From positions 109,496 through 173,495 of the forward strand of contig CAKQVG010000003.1 of assembly GCA_934277695.1 (NCBI GenBank): a DNA stretch of 64,000 nucleotides, given 5' to 3'. This DNA comes from an uncultured Clostridia bacterium (lineage in GTDB: Bacteria; Bacillota; Clostridia; Peptostreptococcales; Anaerovoracaceae). Below, in pieces: positions 32,213 to 42,400 of the stretch (its first letter is position 1; each line of letters opens with the position of its first letter). The position numbers and the translations under genes are program-made. The notes under the pieces were generated by a model. That model saw only the letters and a list, made by a program, of their open reading frames with translations. It was not told the DNA's origin and searched no databases.

Positions 32213-33232
32213 TTATTCTTCGGTTTCCTCTTCCCCGCGCGGCTGAAGCCCCATGTGCTTATACCCTGCCGGTGAAACCATTCTTCCTTTCTGTGTACGG
32301 TAAAGCAGCCCGGTCTGAATCAGATAAGGCTCGTAAACATCCTCAATCGTAACACGCTCTTCCCCGATGGAAGCGGCAATCGTATCGATTCCCACCGGAC
32401 CTCCGTTAAAGCGTTCAATAATACCGCTGAGGATTTCCCTGTCCAGTCTTTCAAGACCAAGCTCATCTACACCGAGTGCCTCAAGTGCCTCGTGTGTAAT
32501 TTCCATATCTATTATACCATTTCCTTTTACCTGTGAAAAGTCCCTGATTCGTTTCAGCATGCGGTTTGCCACACGCGGAGTTCCGCGAGAGCGCTTCGCC
32601 ATTTCAACAAGCGAGTCCTCATCTGCCGTCACCCCCAGAATCCGTGCGGTTCTCCGTATAATCTCAGTGAGTTCTTCCACCGTGTAAAGTTCAAACTTGC
32701 TGATAACCCCAAATCGATCTCTGAGCGGAGCCGAAAGGCTTCCGGCTCTGGTCGTTGCGCCAATCAGCGTAAAGCGTGCAAGATCAAGCCTGATTGAACG
32801 CGCGGACGGTCCTTTGCCGATGATAATATCAAGTGCATAGTCTTCCATTGCGGAATACAGGACTTCTTCCACGGAGCGATTAAGTCTGTGGATTTCGTCG
32901 ATAAACAACACGTCGTTTTCTTCCAGATTTGTCAGAATTGCAGCCAAATCGCCGGCACGCTCGATTGCAGGCCCCGATGTTATCTTAATGTTCACACCGA
33001 GTTCGTTTGCGATGATTCCCGCAAGCGTCGTCTTACCAAGCCCCGGCGGACCGTAAAAGAGCACATGATCGAGCGGCTCCCCTCTGCGCCTTGCTGCTTC
33101 AATAAAAATCTTTAAGTTTTCTTTGACACCTTTCTGTCCTATGTAATCATCCAGATACTGCGGCCGGAGGCTCACTTCCTGCCTTGCTTCGCCCGGATTG
33201 ATTCCGGCGGATGTAATTCTTTCGTTTTCCAT
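32213..33232 (-). CDS. ruvB: Holliday junction branch migration helicase RuvB
   Basis: A 339-aa ORF with the GPPGLGKTT Walker A and DEIHRL motifs. Confidence 0.95.
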   Translation of the reverse strand: MENERITSAGINPGEARQEVSLRPQYLDDYIGQKGVKENLKIFIEAARRRGEPLDHVLFYGPPGLGKTTLAGIIANELGVNIKITSGPAIERAGDLAAILTNLEENDVLFIDEIHRLNRSVEEVLYSAMEDYALDIIIGKGPSARSIRLDLARFTLIGATTRAGSLSAPLRDRFGVISKFELYTVEELTEIIRRTARILGVTADEDSLVEMAKRSRGTPRVANRMLKRIRDFSQVKGNGIIDMEITHEALEALGVDELGLERLDREILSGIIERFNGGPVGIDTIAASIGEERVTIEDVYEPYLIQTGLLYRTQKGRMVSPAGYKHMGLQPRGEEETEE

Positions 33233-33280
33233 TCGTTTTCCCCTTGGATTTCTTCGTTTGTCTCTGTACCATTATACACC

Positions 33281-33892
33281 TTAAAAGAGATTTTTTAAGG
33301 CTTTTTTGATGTAGTCTTCGCAGGAAAGTCCCTCTTCCGGCACCTTCGATACAGCACCGAATGCTTCTGCCTTCGTATAGCCGAGTGCGGCAAGTGCGCT
33401 GATAGCCTCGGTTCTGGCATCGTCCCCTGCAGAATCGTCTGCATTGGCATAGGCCGCAGCAGTCTGCGCCGCATCGCTGCGTTCAAAGCTTCCGATTTTA
33501 TCTTTCAGCTCTAAAATCAGGCGTTCGGCGGTTTTCTTTCCCACGCCGTTCGCTTTGCTGACCGCCTTGACATCCTCAAACAGAATGGCCTGCCTCAGTT
33601 CGTCGGTCGACATGGAGCCCATAATTGCCATTGCGGCTTTCGCTCCGATTCCGTTGACCGTAATCAGCAGGCGGAACAGCTCCAGACTTTCTCTGTTATG
33701 AAATCCGTAAAGGCTGATGTCGTCTTCTTTCACCATCATGGCGGTATAGACGAGCACTTCCTCACCTTCGCCGTACCGATAGAGCGGCGAGCCTGCCGGA
33801 ATATTGACTTCAAATCCCATGCCTGAGCCGTTTTCAACGACAATGCCGTTTTCGAAAGTCATCGCATAAATTCCTTTTATATATCGAATCAT
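33281..33892 (-). CDS. ruvA: Holliday junction DNA helicase RuvA
   Basis: A 203-aa ORF with INGIGAKAA and ANGVGKKTAERL HhH motifs. Confidence 0.93.
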   Translation of the reverse strand: MIRYIKGIYAMTFENGIVVENGSGMGFEVNIPAGSPLYRYGEGEEVLVYTAMMVKEDDISLYGFHNRESLELFRLLITVNGIGAKAAMAIMGSMSTDELRQAILFEDVKAVSKANGVGKKTAERLILELKDKIGSFERSDAAQTAAAYANADDSAGDDARTEAISALAALGYTKAEAFGAVSKVPEEGLSCEDYIKKALKNLF

Positions 33893-33894
33893 CC

Positions 33895-34398
33895 TTAAAT
33901 TCCCTCCTTAATCCGAAGCGGTCTTTTGTGTCCTCCACTGTGCCCGTGGCAAATCGCAGCAGCAACGGCATCCGCCGTATCATCAGGCTTCGGTACCTCA
34001 TCCAGATTTAAAATTGCCTTAACCATCGCCTGCACCTGCTTCTTATCCGCCCTTCCATATCCGACAAGCGCCTGTTTAATCTGCAGCGGCGTGTACTCGC
34101 TGATTTTCAGTCCTTGCTTCGCGCAGGCAAGAACGGCAACGCCCCTTGCCTCACCGACCAGGATCGCCGTCTTTGCGTTGTTATTGAAAAAAAGTTCTTC
34201 AATCGAAGCCTCTTCCGGCTTATAGGTCTGTATAATCTCTGTCAGCCCGTCATACAGTGCGACGAGCCGTTCAGGCATTTCCATCTTGCTGTCCGTTGTA
34301 ATGGAGCCGTAAGCGACCGTCACAAATTTATTTCCTATTTTATCCAAAACCCCGTAGCCCAGAATCGCATAACCGGGGTCAATTCCCAAAATTCTCAC
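33895..34398 (-). CDS. ruvC: Crossover junction endodeoxyribonuclease RuvC
   Basis: A 167-aa ORF with MRILGIDPG, a YxP motif and [12 protein letters not shown]. Confidence 0.93.
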   Translation of the reverse strand: MRILGIDPGYAILGYGVLDKIGNKFVTVAYGSITTDSKMEMPERLVALYDGLTEIIQTYKPEEASIEELFFNNNAKTAILVGEARGVAVLACAKQGLKISEYTPLQIKQALVGYGRADKKQVQAMVKAILNLDEVPKPDDTADAVAAAICHGHSGGHKRPLRIKEGI

Positions 34399-34549
34399 CT
34401 CAAAGCTCCTTGTTCGCAGTTTGTTCTTACAAAATTATATCACGCAAACATTTGTTTGTCTACATATATTTTTATATTGAAATTTACAACCAAATATGTT
34501 AAAATTTTGGTAAGAAAACACAAGTATACAATTACTTTGGGAGGTAAAC

Positions 34550-35017
34550 ATGAGATATTCCAGACAGAATAAGATTATTGAACTCATTACGAACAATGAA
34601 ATTGATACACAAGAAAAACTTGTGACCATGCTCAGAGAATGCGGCTACGAGGTTACCCAGGCCACGATTTCCAGAGATATCAAGGAACTTCAGCTTGTAA
34701 AGACCCTTTCGTCTTCGGGCAAATACAAATACTCGGTTCACAAGTCGCAGGATCTTCCTGTCTCGGATCGTTTTGTCAAAATATTCCGCGAAACCATTAC
34801 TTCCATTGACTCCTCAGGAAACATTATCGTTGTAAAAACACTCTCCGGATGTGCAAATGCCGCAGGCGAAGCAATTGACACCTCCAATTTCGAGCACATT
34901 ATCGGCTCCCTTGCCGGCGACAATACGCTCCTTCTCATTGCGGACGATGAGAAAAACGTTCCTGAAATCGTAGACGGATTCAATGAAATGCTTAACAGGG
35001 GGAAGAGAAATGATTGA
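34550..35017 (+). CDS. argR: Arginine repressor
   Basis: A 155-aa ORF with the wHTH motif TQATISRDIKEL and the GTLAGDNT-like arginine-binding motif (GSLAGDNTLL). Confidence 0.9.
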   Translation: MRYSRQNKIIELITNNEIDTQEKLVTMLRECGYEVTQATISRDIKELQLVKTLSSSGKYKYSVHKSQDLPVSDRFVKIFRETITSIDSSGNIIVVKTLSGCANAAGEAIDTSNFEHIIGSLAGDNTLLLIADDEKNVPEIVDGFNEMLNRGKRND

Positions 35018-36626
35018 TCACATCAGTATTAAGAATTTTGCCATAATCGAAAATACAGATGTTGATTTTGAAGAAGGTCTTAATATAATTACCGGAGAAA
35101 CCGGCAGCGGCAAATCCATCGCCGTGGAAGCAATCAGCCTTGCTCTCGGAAGCCGTGCGGATACCTCTGCCATACGCACCGGGGCCGACAAAGCAGTCGT
35201 GCAGCTTCTCGGAACGCTCGACGGCGAAGAAGTGGTCATAACAAGAGAAGTCTCCTCTTCCGGCAAGAATCTCTGCAAACTCAACGGTGAAATTGTCACA
35301 TTGGCGCAGCTGAACGCTGTATCACGCCGCCTTGCCGACATTCACGGTCAATACGACAACCAGTCTCTGCTCAATCCCGAATATCACATTACACTTTTAG
35401 ATATGTACAAGAACGACGCTTCCGCCGCCAAGAAAGCAGAAGTCAGCGTTTTTTTCCATAAATACCATGAAATCCGGCAGCAGCTTTCTTCCCTCCTTTC
35501 ACAGGAAAAAGAAAACGCCCGCAAACAGGATTTTTACCGATTTGAGGCTGCTGAAATCAAGAAAGCTGCCCTTAAACCGGGTGAAGACGCAGAACTTCAG
35601 AAACGCATTTTTCTCCTCCAAAACAGCGAGAAAATTTTTGAAAACATCGAAAAAACATACGCAATTCTTTTTGAGGAATCCCCTTCGGCAACGGATGAAC
35701 TTGGCATGTGCCTCCGTTCTTTGGAAGAAGTTTCATCCTGTTCCGATGAACTTTCGGCAATTTCCGAAGAATTCAGCGACATCTACTACCGGCTTCAAGA
35801 TTTGTCCGGAGAATTGCGGAATATCAGGGAAAGTCTCAACTTTTCGCCTGAAGAGATGGATCTTGCGATCTCGCGCTTAAATACAATTGAAGGTCTCAAG
35901 AAAAAATATGGTTCTTCCATTGAAGATGTTTTGGAATACGAACAGAAGATTCTGAAAGAACTGCAAATCATCGAAAACTTTGATGATGAGAAAGCCCGTC
36001 TCGAAGCCGAGCTTTCCGAAGCGAAGAAGGATCTTCTTGCAGCATGCAGCAAGCTCACGGAAATCAGAACAGAAACGGCTGCCGAACTGGAACAAAGGAT
36101 TACCGCTGAACTTGCGGATCTTAACTTTAAGGACGCAAAGCTGAGCATATCCATTACCCCGCTTTCGGTTCCTGCCGAGAACGGAATGGATCATGTGGAA
36201 ATTCTGATTGCCGCAAACCGCGGCGAGCCTCTGAAACCTCTCGCAAAAATTGCTTCGGGCGGTGAAATGTCCAGAATCATGCTGGCTTTCAAGAATGTAA
36301 TCAGCTCCTGCGACAACATTCCGACCTTGATTTTTGACGAAATCGATGCAGGCATAAGCGGCATCACGGCAAGCATCGTCGGCCGCAAACTCAAAGAAAT
36401 CTCAAAACATCACCAGATTATATGCATCACCCACCTCCCGCAGATTGCAGCGTGCGGCGTGAGCAATTACCGGATCTACAAAGAAACCGACGATGAGAAA
36501 ACCTACACAAACATTCAGAAACTGTCTGAGGAAGGCAGAATCGAAGAAATCGCAAGGCTGCTCGGCGGTGCCTCGGTTACGGAAACCACACTGGCCAATG
36601 CCCGCGAATTAATTGCAAATTCATAA
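35010..36626 (+). CDS. recN: DNA repair protein RecN
   Basis: Start taken at MIDHISIKNFAIIE, an ATG that overlaps the argR stop by 8 nt (the ORF track starts at 34983). It has the Walker A GETGSGKS, a long coiled coil, and SGGE...LIFDEIDAGISG. Confidence 0.92.
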   Translation: MIDHISIKNFAIIENTDVDFEEGLNIITGETGSGKSIAVEAISLALGSRADTSAIRTGADKAVVQLLGTLDGEEVVITREVSSSGKNLCKLNGEIVTLAQLNAVSRRLADIHGQYDNQSLLNPEYHITLLDMYKNDASAAKKAEVSVFFHKYHEIRQQLSSLLSQEKENARKQDFYRFEAAEIKKAALKPGEDAELQKRIFLLQNSEKIFENIEKTYAILFEESPSATDELGMCLRSLEEVSSCSDELSAISEEFSDIYYRLQDLSGELRNIRESLNFSPEEMDLAISRLNTIEGLKKKYGSSIEDVLEYEQKILKELQIIENFDDEKARLEAELSEAKKDLLAACSKLTEIRTETAAELEQRITAELADLNFKDAKLSISITPLSVPAENGMDHVEILIAANRGEPLKPLAKIASGGEMSRIMLAFKNVISSCDNIPTLIFDEIDAGISGITASIVGRKLKEISKHHQIICITHLPQIAACGVSNYRIYKETDDEKTYTNIQKLSEEGRIEEIARLLGGASVTETTLANARELIANS

Positions 36627-36650
36627 AGAATCAAAATTTAGCCATAAAAA

Positions 36651-36710
36651 GCAAAACGGCCGGAATCGCACCTTCCCTTTCACGGGAATCAAGCATTCTG
36701 ACCGTTTTGC
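36651..36710 (-). terminator. Possible terminator downstream of the 36727-37731 gene
   Basis: A 9-bp stem GCAAAACGG/CCGTTTTGC closes a 42-nt loop with an internal small hairpin. It is followed on the minus strand by TTTTTA. The loop is unusually large. Confidence 0.35.
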
Positions 36711-36726
36711 TATATTGACTTCAATC

Positions 36727-37731
36727 TTACTTGTAATCCATTACCAAAAACATCGGTTTAATTGCCACGATTTCATCGTATTCTTCCTGCTCAACAACGA
36801 CATCGGAATTCAGAGCCTTCAAATCACTCTTGAGAATCTTAAGTGCCTCCGGAATCGTTTTTGCACGCCCCTCTTTCAAAATGTCCTGCATTCTTTTGAG
36901 TACAATCGGGTGCGCATAATGCGCCGGTACCGGAAAATCCGGATACTCTCTGATGTATTCTTGCATCTGTCTGATGGATTTTGCAAGCTGCTCTTCGATA
37001 TACCTCCTGTTGTTCTTGGAAGTCGGAAGAACATTGGCTCCGGCAAACAGGAAAACGGCTGCAAGACCGAACAATAGGAAATACATTCCGAAACCCGCAT
37101 GTGTCACCAGTGCATAGATTCCATAAGCAAATGCTCCTGCGCCCATAACCACGATTGCAAGTGCGACCCATTTATACGCCGGATTGCTTCGATCGTATAC
37201 GCGCTTTTTCTTTGCTGACTGGCTTAAATCCATGTAATAGTCGGATTTCTTCTTCAGATACTGTTCTGCCTGTTCAAGCTGCAGAAGATATGCTTTGGCT
37301 TCCTCGGGCACCTCTTTCTCCTTCCGTTTCTCCGCCAGCCATCTTTCTTTTTCTGCCAGCTTTCTTTCGGCTTCCAGGCTGTGCACCGGGATGTCCGGAA
37401 ATTCCTCCTCGATGTATGCAAGGAATCTGTCTACATCTTCTTCATGCTTAAAATTGCACTGTTTCTCATGTCCGTTTTCGTATACTACCACAAGATAGGA
37501 TAATGTTGCAAACGCGCCTTTTCCGGTGAATCCGCCTTTGCTCATGGCAATTCTCTTAAAGACTCTTTTTATGGAAGCAATCGGTATGTAATACCGTCGG
37601 TCAATATAAAAGCTGTTCAAATAAACCGCCTTCCGACCCAGTCCGCAAGGTCCGATTTTCTTCGCTTCTTTTTTGTCTTTTATCAATTCGTCATCAGGGA
37701 TGGATACACTGCCCAGTCTTTGTGGTTTCAT
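36727..37731 (-). CDS. Hypothetical two-TM membrane protein
   Basis: A 334-aa ORF with a soluble N-terminal domain, a Lys/Glu-rich coiled segment, two adjacent TM helices and a C-terminal soluble domain. I recognise no family. Confidence 0.6.
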   Translation of the reverse strand: MKPQRLGSVSIPDDELIKDKKEAKKIGPCGLGRKAVYLNSFYIDRRYYIPIASIKRVFKRIAMSKGGFTGKGAFATLSYLVVVYENGHEKQCNFKHEEDVDRFLAYIEEEFPDIPVHSLEAERKLAEKERWLAEKRKEKEVPEEAKAYLLQLEQAEQYLKKKSDYYMDLSQSAKKKRVYDRSNPAYKWVALAIVVMGAGAFAYGIYALVTHAGFGMYFLLFGLAAVFLFAGANVLPTSKNNRRYIEEQLAKSIRQMQEYIREYPDFPVPAHYAHPIVLKRMQDILKEGRAKTIPEALKILKSDLKALNSDVVVEQEEYDEIVAIKPMFLVMDYK

Positions 37732-37770
37732 GATATCGCCCTCTCATTTCTGTATATGATAATTTGCCTT

Positions 37771-39210
37771 TTATGCCTTCATAGGCTTCTTCGTTGCGTG
37801 AAGGAAGATTCCGAGGAATACTACCGCAAGGATAATTCCAACCGGATAAGCAATTGTTGTGGAAAGTCCAAGGCACTCGTCCGCACAGAAGAAATAGGTC
37901 ATGGAAACTGCACTCATAAAGGTTGCAGGTACCGCTGTAATCCAGTAATTTTTCTTTTCACGGAACAAATACATACTTGCTGTCCACAGAACGATCATTG
38001 CTAATGTCTGGTTTGTCCAGCTGAAATATCTCCATACGACTGCGTAATCCAAATGTCCGATGAATGCACCGACTGCCAAAAGCGGTACACACAGCATAAG
38101 TCTCTTCTTCATGTCGTTCTGATTAATGCCGAACCAGTCTGCCAAAGTCAGACGCGCACTACGAAATGCCGTGTCGCCTGAAGTGATTGGGCATGCAATT
38201 ACTCCAACCATTGCAAGAACGACACCGACGCTGCCCATCGTCTTGATGCATACATCATAGATAGCTGCGGACTGTCCGTTTGCCAAAATCTCACTCAATC
38301 CTGTGTTAAGTCCGCCGGTTACTTCATACAGTGCACATCCTGCAGCTGCCCAAATCAGTGCAATTATGCCCTCTGCAACCATAGCCCCGTAGAATACGAA
38401 ATGTCCCTGTTTCTCGGATTTCATGCAGCGTGCCATCAGCGGCGACTGTGTCGAATGGAATCCGGAAATCGCACCGCAGGCAACGGTGATGAACATAAAG
38501 CTCCAAACCGGTCTTCCGTCCGGATGCATATTGGTAAAGTTGCTCCAAATCTCCGGAATTGTATAATCGGCATTGGTAAATATGCCAAAGATAACTCCAA
38601 GCGCCATGACAATCAAGCATATACCGAAGAGCGGATAAATACGCCCGATAATCTTGTCGATGGAAAGGAATGTTGCAACAAAGTAGTATGCAAGGATAAT
38701 CCAAAGCCATACTTCCGCATTCGTCATGACCCCTTTCACTCCGCTGTTGCCAAGCAAGGTAACAATCAGACCCGCAGGACCTACCGCAAATACCGTACCT
38801 ACCATAACAAGAAGCACTACACTAAATACACGCATAACATTCTTCATTGTGTTTCCCAGATAAATGCCGCATACTTCAGAAATGGATGCCCCATCGTTTC
38901 TTTCAGAAAGCATACCAGAGAAGTAGTCGTGCACACCGCCTGCGAAAATCGTACCAAAGGTAATCCAAAGGAATACAATCGGTCCCCACAATGCGCCCTG
39001 AAGTGCTCCGAAAATAGGACCAAGTCCTGCGATATTCAGCAGTTGTACCAAGAACAATTTCCACTTCGGCATTACTACATAATCAACACCGTCATTAATC
39101 CGAACCGCCGGTGTTTCTCTGTCATCCGGTACAAAAGTGTTCTCAACCACTTTACCATAAATGAAATAGCCTCCAATCAGGAGCGCCAAGCAAATGATAA
39201 AACTAATCAT
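37771..39210 (-). CDS. cstA: Carbon starvation protein A (peptide/pyruvate transporter family)
   Basis: A 479-aa polytopic ORF with the CstA N-terminal pattern (GPIFGALQGALWGP, VHDYFSGM). Confidence 0.9.
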   Translation of the reverse strand: MISFIICLALLIGGYFIYGKVVENTFVPDDRETPAVRINDGVDYVVMPKWKLFLVQLLNIAGLGPIFGALQGALWGPIVFLWITFGTIFAGGVHDYFSGMLSERNDGASISEVCGIYLGNTMKNVMRVFSVVLLVMVGTVFAVGPAGLIVTLLGNSGVKGVMTNAEVWLWIILAYYFVATFLSIDKIIGRIYPLFGICLIVMALGVIFGIFTNADYTIPEIWSNFTNMHPDGRPVWSFMFITVACGAISGFHSTQSPLMARCMKSEKQGHFVFYGAMVAEGIIALIWAAAGCALYEVTGGLNTGLSEILANGQSAAIYDVCIKTMGSVGVVLAMVGVIACPITSGDTAFRSARLTLADWFGINQNDMKKRLMLCVPLLAVGAFIGHLDYAVVWRYFSWTNQTLAMIVLWTASMYLFREKKNYWITAVPATFMSAVSMTYFFCADECLGLSTTIAYPVGIILAVVFLGIFLHATKKPMKA

Positions 39211-39265
39211 AATAACGCCTCCTATATTCCGTCTGCATTAATGAATGCTCTCTAATTTCACCTTC

Positions 39266-39293
39266 ATTATAGTATTTCGGACAAAAAAATCAA
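39266..39293 (-). promoter_or_regulatory. Likely sigmaA promoter for cstA (TTGATT-16 nt-TATAAT)
   Basis: On the minus strand the -35 element is at 39293-39288 and the -10 element at 39271-39266. Confidence 0.45.
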
Positions 39294-39432
39294 TATTTTT
39301 TTATGTATTTTTGTGTTTTTTTGCAAATTTTGTGCCGGATATGACGAATCAGGCAACCGGTACGTATGCGTCCGATTGCCTGAGTTCTGATTTGGAGTGT
39401 TTTTAAATTATAGTTTGAATGGCAATGTCTGC

Positions 39433-42400
39433 CTATTCTTTATGATTTTTTCTTGATGCTGCGAAAAGTCCTGCACCTGCGCCCAAGCATATGAGCATCC
39501 AAAGAGTGAACATCATTTCGTCACCGGTCTTTGGTGTACCGTCATCCGGACGCTGTGGGAACTTGCCGTCGGAATCCCTGTCTCCCGGTTTTACCGGCGG
39601 TTTTCCGTCATCATCACGGCCTTTGTTTATAAAGGTATTTGTTTCTGCACCGTTCTTGGTATAACTTACCTCTGCAAGAAGCTGTCCGTATTCGTCTCGA
39701 TATACTCGAACCGTTGCATATACCTTCTGCTTGTCATAGCTGATATTTTTCTTGCTTGACATTTGAAGCTCTCTGATTTCATAACGATATGTTCCGACCT
39801 CAGTAAAAGTTATACTGTCGAAAACAACATCGCCGGCAGCGGTATTCTTAACTTGCTGCGATTTTCCCGGTGCACCGTTAAGCGGAGTTAATCGGAACGT
39901 AAAGTCATTTGCCTCAAGTTCTCCGCCTTGTAAAATCTTTTGAGCATACAGTCTTACGCTGGTCTTGTCAGGATCAATTCCGTTTTTATTAACGAAAACA
40001 TTTGTTTCCTGTCCATTCTTGTCATACTTCACATCAGCAACCAGTTTGTATCTGTCCTGACGCACGGTTACGGTTACCTTAATCTGAGCCTTATCATAAC
40101 CAATGTTTCTGTCGCTTCCCGCAACCTCGCTCAGGATATATTCATATACGCCTTCTCTGAAATATATGAATTTGCCGAAGTTGATGCTTCCGTCTTTTTC
40201 ATTGTAGGCTGTACGGACATAGCCTTCGGTCTTATTCACCGGTTCAAGTTTAAATGTGAAGTCTTTGCCGTTTAAAACGCCTCCCTCAAATTGTTTGCTT
40301 GCGGTAATGTCAACTACCACACTCGGAACTGACGGACTGTATGTATTAGAGAATGTGATGTTATCAACATCTTTTTCGTCTTTCACATATTTTACTTCTG
40401 TAATCTCAATCTTGTTTTGTGCGTTTTTGATAACATGAATTTTTATCGTATAAACGCTCTTATCGTAGATTACCGCAGATAAATTACCTTTCACTTCTCG
40501 AACGCTGTAAACATAATCTTTTGCATCCGCATCTTCGGTAAATGTCAGTTCTTTGAAACGAATCTTACCATCAGCGTCATTAACTGCGGTGTCAATCACA
40601 TTTCCTTCCGCATCCAAAAGCTCGAATGTGAATTCGCCGTCCTTCAGCGTTCTTCCGGTCAGTTTTTTCGCTGCTTCCGGAGTGAAGCTTGTCGGCTCCG
40701 GCTCCGTATACAAGTTCGTTACCGTTTTTTGACCTTCTGCAAAGGCTGTCTCACCTTTCATCTTATAGCTTACGCTTACATCAATCTTATTCGCTGCATC
40801 GCTGTATGCACCGGCTGCTTTTGCTTTGCTGTAAACAACCTTTGCAATTACCTCCGGATTCTCGCACTTAATGCTCGGATTCGTTGGAGCTTTTTCGCGA
40901 ATCAGATAGTATTCCGTCACAGAGTCTCCCGGCTTCATATCCTGTTCGTGTCTCAGAGTCAGGAAGGTCAGGGTCTGTCTTGAAATGTCTGCACCACTCG
41001 CTTGTTTAGTGTCGATTGCTGTTGCACCTTCTGCCAGTGTTCCGTTTTCATCTTCCGCTTTGAACAGCTCGAAAGTAAATACTTCTCTGCCAAACTTCTT
41101 GTCTGCCTTTGCGGTCTTATCGTAGAAGTATTTTTCTACCGTCAGTGCCGTTTCAGCCGGTGTCGGCGTCTTATAAGTATTTGTGATTGTTGGATTGTTG
41201 GTCGGATTGCCGCCTATCGTGTAAGCCTCGGTTGCTTTCAGTTTGTTGTCCTTTGCGTCTTTTTCAAAGACAACTTTGTAGACAATCGCTGTTGTATCGT
41301 AATTGATACTGATATTGTCGCCCTGTGCTTCCTTGATGACATAGTATTTTGTCACTTTGTCGCCCGGCTCAATATCCTTCGTGTAGCTTATTGGCTTAAA
41401 CTTCAAAAGTTCCTGTGCTACGTCTTCCTTTGTAGTCTTAATTGTTTCGATTGGCGTTGCGTCTTCTGCCAGTGTTCCGTTTTCATCCTTTGCTTCATAA
41501 AGCTCGAATGTAAATATATCGTCCCCGAGGTTTCTTGCAGTGCCGTCTGCATTTACGAGTTTCTTTGTTACCTTCGGCGTTACACTTATCTCGGATGGCT
41601 TTGTATAGGTGTTTATAATTACCTTAGCCTCTGCGCCGGTCTTTTCAGCCTTCGTGTAGATTGCTGTTGCCTGCAGTGTATTTCCGACTTTCTCTACCTT
41701 TACCGTAAGCAGAATGCCTTCAGTATCATACGTGATACTTGGGTTATTTCCCTTTACTTCCTTTATCAGGTAGTATTCGGTAAGTTCTCTGTCTTCCGTG
41801 TAGGAACGTGTACGGAACTGGATTGTCTCCTCCGATACATTTTTCGCACTTGTAGTCTTGGTTTCTACCAAATCTCCTTGTATTCCGTTTGCAGCGGACT
41901 TGTAAAGGTTAAATGTGAATACATCGTTTCCGAAGTTTCTGTCTTTCGGGTAATCTTCCTTCGTGTAATCCAAAAGTCTCTTCGTTACTTCCGGTATCAG
42001 GCTAGTAGATGACGGCAATGTATATGTATTCGTTACCGTAAGCCATCCATCAACCTTCGATTTCTCACCGTCTCTGCTGTAAGTTATCGTCTTCGTGTAT
42101 GTATTCGTTGTCTCATCCAGTCCGATAACTACCGTTGCCGTAATCGGTGTAGTATCATAGCTGATGCTTGCATTTGAACCTTTTTCCTCTGCAATCGTAT
42201 AGGTGTAGGTTCCTGCTTCTGTATAGCTGATGCTTCCGAACAGAACATCTGTCTTACCGCTTGCCGCCGCATTCGTCGTTACCGTCTTTTTGCCATCCAC
42301 TGCGCCGTTCGGCATCGGTGCATTGTTCTTTGCTGTCAGTACGAAACTGAACTGGCCTTCAGCGATTGCCATCGCTGCTCCGCCGTCTGCATTCACATAC

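Noticed and set aside
34399-34549. Possible ARG boxes in the ruvC/argR divergent region.
   Set aside because: The region is AT-rich, but I could not find a pair of 18-nt palindromes matching the ARG-box consensus (TNTGAATWWWWATTCANW).
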